A stretch of 64,000 bases of DNA from the NCBI GenBank assembly GCA_041601615.1, contig JBFIHX010000006.1:115353-179352 (forward strand). The letters run 5' to 3'. A model generated the notes under the pieces. The model did no database searches. It had not been told where the DNA came from and saw nothing but the letters and a program-made list of their open reading frames with translations. This document shows, piece after piece, positions 59,609-64,000 of this stretch; position 1 is the stretch's first letter, and every line of letters begins with the position of its first letter. The position numbers and the translations under genes are program-made. The stretch comes from Thermoplasmatota archaeon. Lineage in GTDB: Archaea; Thermoplasmatota; E2; JACPAO01; JAHFTW01.

Positions 59609-59642
59609 CGTTGCGGGATTGGAGGCTGGTTCTTAGTCCATG
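59609..59642 (-). promoter_or_regulatory. Conserved leaderless promoter of module genes (also 60328-60361, weaker 58774-58808)
   Basis: Minus strand CTAAGAACCA-N4-CCAAT-N7-CG-ATG is identical in sequence and spacing before genes B and C; CTAAG at similar distance before gene A. Confidence 0.6.
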
Positions 59643-59760
59643 GGCGGCGTTCCTTGGCTCACCAGAAAGCAATTGGATGCAAGGGTGGGGAAGGCGGAGG
59701 AGAAAGTACGTTAGGAGGGTGGAATCGGCGCGGCCGGAGGGGGGTGGGCCTGCGGGCGAT

Positions 59761-60327
59761 TTAGGGTGCGCGGACACCGCAGCCGGGGATGCTCAAAAAC
59801 AGGGTATTGGCGATTGCGTGGTAGGTGGTGTGGCGAAGGGGTGGGGCGCAATCTGCGGTGGGGAAGATTGTGATGAAGTATTGGCAGCTCCAGGGGTTGG
59901 AGTCGATGTGGATTTGGCCCGTTGGGTCGGTTCGGTGGATTTCTTTGCAGACGGGGCCGGTGTAGCTGGCGGTGCAGGCGCCAGGGCGGATGGCGTTGTC
60001 GCAGGCGGTTTGGAGGGTGTTGTAGATGGGGTCGATGGGGAAGTGGTTGGGGGGAGGCGTTGTGTCGCAGCGGGGCATGAGCCAAATGGTGAGGGTTGGG
60101 TGGTGCAGGCCGCTGCTGTGGTGCCAGGGGTCGAGGCAGTCGCCGGCTTCCAGGACGACGATGGTGATGTTGCATCCCCATTGATCGACCGTGACGTGGA
60201 ACATGCCGGTGGGGTCGGTGTGGTCTTGTGGTGGACAGACGGGCCCGGCGCTGGCTTGCGGGGCGAGTGCAAGTGCGAAGGTGGCCAGCAGCAGGATGTT
60301 TGTGGTGTATAGGGTGCGCGGTCGCAT
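59761..60327 (-). CDS. Secreted 4-Cys-module protein C (2 modules + Cys-pair linker)
   Basis: Signal ending PQASA; internal repeat GPVC....TDPTG. Confidence 0.8.
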   Translation of the reverse strand: MRPRTLYTTNILLLATFALALAPQASAGPVCPPQDHTDPTGMFHVTVDQWGCNITIVVLEAGDCLDPWHHSSGLHHPTLTIWLMPRCDTTPPPNHFPIDPIYNTLQTACDNAIRPGACTASYTGPVCKEIHRTDPTGQIHIDSNPWSCQYFITIFPTADCAPPLRHTTYHAIANTLFLSIPGCGVRAP

Positions 60328-60513
60328 CGGGCTTGCATTGGCGCGTGGTTCTTAGCCGGTGGCCAGCGGTTCTGCTCTAGCCAAAGTTGCCGGCCGTTGG
60401 GGGTCGGGTCGTGCCCGACTCAAGGGGTGTTTGGGGTGGGGGAAGGAGAGGCGGGGAGGGATGAAGGAAGGGAGAAGGAAGGAGGGAGGAAGGGGAAGGT
60501 TTCCTGTGGTTGC

Positions 60514-61128
60514 TTAGCGTCCGACGCTGACGCCGGAGCAGTGCAGGCCGGGGCCGCCGATCCAGGCCTTGACGGGCCCTACGTTGAATTCTTCGTAGTA
60601 GATGCCGTTGCAGTCGGGGGCGTCGTTGGTTTGGGTCAGGTCATCGAGGCGATCGATGCTGGCGCCGGTGCAGGATCGGCTGCCGTCGGTCCAGATGGTG
60701 ACGGGGCCGAAGGTTTCTTCGTAGTACCAGAAGCCGTTGCACTTGGGCGGGGCGTCGGTGCCGGTGCAGTCGTCGCTGCCGGCGACGCGGTCGCAGGCGA
60801 TTGCGATTGCGTTTTGGACCGGTGCGAGTTCAGGGCTGCTCCAGATAGGGGGGCCGGTGGCGGGGCCGGGCGGGCAGTAGTACACGGTGTAGTGGGTGTT
60901 CTTGACCGTGTATTCTTTGCTGGTGGGTTCGGCGTTGCCGAGGCAACCCCAGAGTTCTCGGCACTTGGGTGCGATGTGGGCGTTGCCGGCCCAGATGTCC
61001 GTGTGGCAAATGGCGGCGGTTGCGTACTGGGGTTCGGGTCCGTAGCCGTGGTCGGCGCTGGCGCCGGGTAGGAGCAACATGGCGCCGAGGAGGAGGCCGA
61101 TGCTGAGGATGGATGTGTTTGTGTTCAT
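60514..61128 (-). CDS. Secreted Cys-module protein D (1 module, Cys-pair linker, two 2-Cys repeats)
   Basis: Signal ending PGASA; DAP.(K/D)CNG..YEE...GPV..W repeated; GGTGA RBS just after gene E stop. Confidence 0.8.
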   Translation of the reverse strand: MNTNTSILSIGLLLGAMLLLPGASADHGYGPEPQYATAAICHTDIWAGNAHIAPKCRELWGCLGNAEPTSKEYTVKNTHYTVYYCPPGPATGPPIWSSPELAPVQNAIAIACDRVAGSDDCTGTDAPPKCNGFWYYEETFGPVTIWTDGSRSCTGASIDRLDDLTQTNDAPDCNGIYYEEFNVGPVKAWIGGPGLHCSGVSVGR

Positions 61129-61137
61129 GGTTTCACC

Positions 61138-62877
61138 TTACTGAGGGGGGTCGCCGCAGCGGTATTCGCGCACGGTGATGGGGTAGGTGGCGTAGTAGTG
61201 CCAGTAGCCGCCCCAGAGGCAGTCGTACAGCTTGATGCTGATCATGGAGCAGTCGTCTTCGACGAAGGTGCCGGGCACGACGCTGCAGGGTTTGGCTGCG
61301 TAGCTGCTGCTGGTGGGGTCGGCGGCGAAGCATTGGTAGAGGTAAATGTCGCTGTTGCCGGCGCTGGCCTTCTTGACGTAGCTGCCGCCGGTGATGCAGT
61401 CCGAGAGTTTGACGTAGAGGTCGCAGTCGCGGGTTTCGAGGCGGGCGTTGGCGTAGTCAACGTACTTCGAGGGGCATGGGCGTGCGGCGGCGCTGGTTTG
61501 GTTGGGCGGGTTGCCGTCGCAGGTGTAGACTTCTACGGTGACGGGGCCCACGGTTTTGCGGGTCCAGTGGCCGCCCCAGATGCAGGACATGTAGTCGAGT
61601 GTCACGGTGACGTGGCAGCTGGCTTCGACGGTGGCGGGGCCGTAGGTGTTGGGCTTGCAGAGGTTTTTGACGTCGGGGTCGGCGCGAAGCGCGGGGGCGC
61701 AGTCGGGGCCGATGACGCGCACGTTGCCGACGGTGACTTCGATGGATCCATCGATGGGGTCGGTGCAGGCAACGAGGGGGTTGGCGACGTAGACGTCGTA
61801 GCGGCAGGTGCCCCAGCCGTGGCCTTGTACGTCCACGATGGGCGTGAGGGCGCCTTCGTTGGGGTTGGGGCATTGGGGCGGGTACGGGCCGCATTCGCGG
61901 ATGCACTGGACGAAGGGATCTTGGGCTTCGGTTTCGTTGTGGACGTCGCAGTGGTAGTAGCGGTAGGTTACGAGGCCGTATTCCTCAGTGTGCCAGTGGC
62001 CGTTCCAGACGCAGTCGTACGTCTTGTGGTTGATGGTGACGTGGCAGTCGGAGGCGATGACGATGCTGCTCATTCCGAAGGCGTGCGAGGCAGGCTTGCA
62101 GGCGCGGGTGGGGTCGGGCAGGCTTGGGCCGCACTGCTGGATGCAGGTCGGGAAGGGGTCTGCCATGTCGGAGGATGCGGTGGTGAAGTCGAGTTCGGGG
62201 TAGCAGTAGCCGGCGCTGACTTCGTTGTTGGCAACGTAGGCGCCTGCGCGGTCGTCTTCAAAGCCGTCGAGGTTCCATTTGCAGATGCGGTAGGTGTCGA
62301 CGAAGTGTGCTTCGACGCTGCAGTCGGGTTTGATTTCGGCTTGTCCAAGCACGCCCATGTCGAGGAAGATGCCGCAGGGGTTGGCTGGGGCGGCAGAGAG
62401 GCTTCCGCCGCCGCCGTTGGGGTCGCGGCAGTAGTATTCCACGACGGTGATGGGGCCGACGTTGTGTTCGCGCTTGCCGACGGCGCCTCCGAGGCAAATG
62501 ATGCCTTCGTTAAGGGTGATCGTGACGTGGCAGTTGCTTTCGACGGTGACGCGGTTGACACCGAAGGCGCCGCTCATTTCGTAGGTGCGGGGCGCGCAAC
62601 CGGAGCTGATCGGGGGGGTGTCTGGGCCGCGGCAGGTGATGAGGCGCACGGTGTGTTTGCCGATGTTGCGCTCAGAGCTGGAGGTGGATGGCGGGGCACA
62701 GGGTGTTGTATCGACAATCACCAAGTAACTACAGTTGTGGCGTTGGCTCACGGAGACAATGACGCCTCCTTGGGTCCATTCCGCGCAGCCACCCGGGGGT
62801 TCGGGTTCTGCACTGACAGGCATAGCGAGGCCGGCGACCATGAATATGGCGACCAGCGAAAACGTGAAGGCACGCAT
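61138..62877 (-). CDS. Secreted 4-Cys-module protein E (8 modules, 36 Cys)
   Basis: Signal ending PVSA; recurrent CHVT(I/V)...C.WGG...GPVTV....C; two DPFxxCIxxCGP linkers. Confidence 0.85.
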   Translation of the reverse strand: MRAFTFSLVAIFMVAGLAMPVSAEPEPPGGCAEWTQGGVIVSVSQRHNCSYLVIVDTTPCAPPSTSSSERNIGKHTVRLITCRGPDTPPISSGCAPRTYEMSGAFGVNRVTVESNCHVTITLNEGIICLGGAVGKREHNVGPITVVEYYCRDPNGGGGSLSAAPANPCGIFLDMGVLGQAEIKPDCSVEAHFVDTYRICKWNLDGFEDDRAGAYVANNEVSAGYCYPELDFTTASSDMADPFPTCIQQCGPSLPDPTRACKPASHAFGMSSIVIASDCHVTINHKTYDCVWNGHWHTEEYGLVTYRYYHCDVHNETEAQDPFVQCIRECGPYPPQCPNPNEGALTPIVDVQGHGWGTCRYDVYVANPLVACTDPIDGSIEVTVGNVRVIGPDCAPALRADPDVKNLCKPNTYGPATVEASCHVTVTLDYMSCIWGGHWTRKTVGPVTVEVYTCDGNPPNQTSAAARPCPSKYVDYANARLETRDCDLYVKLSDCITGGSYVKKASAGNSDIYLYQCFAADPTSSSYAAKPCSVVPGTFVEDDCSMISIKLYDCLWGGYWHYYATYPITVREYRCGDPPQ

Positions 62878-63396
62878 CGTGCGACCACAATAGGCCCGAC
62901 ACTTCATGGGTGGCCTGCGGACCCTGATTAGCCATAAGATTGATATTCAAAGCGCTCCGGCTGAAGGATCTTCTAGAGCGTATCTCGGGTTCTTTGCAAA
63001 AATCACTAGATGTGTTTGCAAAATTTATGGTAACAAAACCTGTTGGATTTCTAAAAACAAAATCCGATGTAGGCATTTCAACACTCATAATTCACAGCCC
63101 GGCGAGGTTGACGGGTTGTGGATAATCCATGCTGGGGCACTGGGACCTTTTCCCGATTTTTGGCCCTCCATCGCAATGGCGCGGCTCCCAGGAGCAAAAA
63201 GGGATGTTCATTCAAGGCATGGGCGCGAAATCCGAGGGGCCTTGCGGGTTCGGCGCGATCGAGATTGCGATGCTTCCGTTCCTCACCGGACCCCTTGGCG
63301 CCCTGAACAGAAGCCCGGGGGTGAAGTTGCCGAAAGGGAGGGAAGGAGACGGAGAAGGAAGGATGCGGTGGGCCATCGATTCTGGATGGTGCAATC

Positions 63397-63729
63397 CTAG
63401 AGAGGCGGCCCGGGGTTGAAGTGGCACTCCCATTTCCAGACCGTCACGTATGCAGTGTCGATGGCGGTCTTCTGGTAGGAGCCCGTGAATCCGATGGGGC
63501 AGTTGTATTTGCCCACGTACACGTCCTTGTGACCAGGTTCGGGGACCACGGCATCCACGGCGTCTTCGTCCACGACGACGCGGAGGGTACAGGAGCGCGT
63601 CCACCAGATTTCCACGACGCCGGCATCCACGATAGGCTGGCGGTCGTAGCACTCGGGCGGGTCAGGCTCGGCGGCGCCGGCAGGGACCAGGGTCAAAAGA
63701 AACAGGCTTGCGACAAGGATTGTACGCAT
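63397..63729 (-). CDS. Secreted single 4-Cys-module protein F
   Basis: Signal ending PAGAA; AEPDPPEC start matches AEPEPPGGC of protein E. Confidence 0.75.
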   Translation of the reverse strand: MRTILVASLFLLTLVPAGAAEPDPPECYDRQPIVDAGVVEIWWTRSCTLRVVVDEDAVDAVVPEPGHKDVYVGKYNCPIGFTGSYQKTAIDTAYVTVWKWECHFNPGPPL

Positions 63730-63866
63730 GTGTGGCGCCACGTGCGGCGACACTTGAACCCGACGCGGGGGTTCTGTCCTATCCAAAAGGACGGGTACAA
63801 AAAGAACGAACTGGGACGAGGAAGGGAAAAGGAAGAGTGATGGTGGCGCAGTAGGCCGAAATCGGC

Positions 63867-64000
63867 CTTCGGCTTCGCTTAGGCTTTCGCCTTGCGCTCG
63901 GCCTTCAGAGCCTGCGCGTATGACCTTCGCAAACGAAGGCCACAGTTCCAGGCTCTTCGGCTTCGCTTAGGCTTTCGCCTTGCGCTCGGCCTTCAGAGCC
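63867..64000. repeat. Exact 46-nt direct repeat (63867-63912, 63955-64000), 88-nt period, cut by window end
   Basis: CTTCGGCTTCGCTTAGGCTTTCGCCTTGCGCTCGGCCTTCAGAGCC twice; minus strand reads ALKAERKAKA-stop. Confidence 0.9.

Noticed and set aside
61198-62931. 577-aa plus-strand ORF and other long antisense or alternate-frame ORFs (e.g. 13496..14755, 15029..16582, 21786..23012, 42998..44173)
   Set aside because: Shadow frames of GC-rich genes with biased composition and no motifs.
62900-63396. ORFs in the AT-rich gap within the module cluster
   Set aside because: No signal peptide or Cys module pattern; treated as intergenic.
58060-63729. Cys-rich proteins as c-type cytochromes served by the ccm operon
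   Set aside because: No CxxCH motifs; Cys spacing fits disulfides.
58060-63729. Diversity-generating retroelement behind module variation
   Set aside because: No reverse transcriptase and no near-identical template/variable repeat pair seen.
63841-63870. tRNA-like 3' end (minus strand ...CTGCGCCACCA)
   Set aside because: Loop is not TTCRAAT-like and no matching 5' half; more likely a terminator hairpin.
63867-64000. CRISPR array call
   Set aside because: Only two copies visible, long 88-nt period, reads as a protein end, no cas genes; kept only as an alternative.

Overview
GC-rich archaeal chromosomal segment, probably Thermoplasmatota (inferred from top6B-top6A, archaeal LeuRS, aIF-2beta fused to TRAM, COG1395 HTH, CCA-less tRNA-Val(GAC) and tRNA-Ser(GGA), and many TATA-like boxes 25-30 nt before start codons). 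Housekeeping genes (fadD-like, purM, nfo, gdh, leuS, top6AB, folB-folK, ABC exporter, UbiA prenyltransferase, ccmABCDE) alternate with accessory secreted or surface proteins. Best candidates for undescribed biology: (1) six tandem secreted proteins at 58.0-63.7 kb built from about 18 diverged copies of a 4-cysteine module; (2) a small secreted Cys peptide / single-pass receptor-like protein with AT-rich ectodomain and TPR-like tail / wHTH cassette next to tRNA-Val; (3) a degenerate thermosome paralogue; (4) a CcmE with CxxxF instead of CxxxY; (5) two short tandem duplications of apparent gene 3' ends bordering accessory regions. I recognised no integrase, transposase, reverse transcriptase or cas gene. 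All family calls are by eye from motifs; no searches were run and many start codons are inferred.
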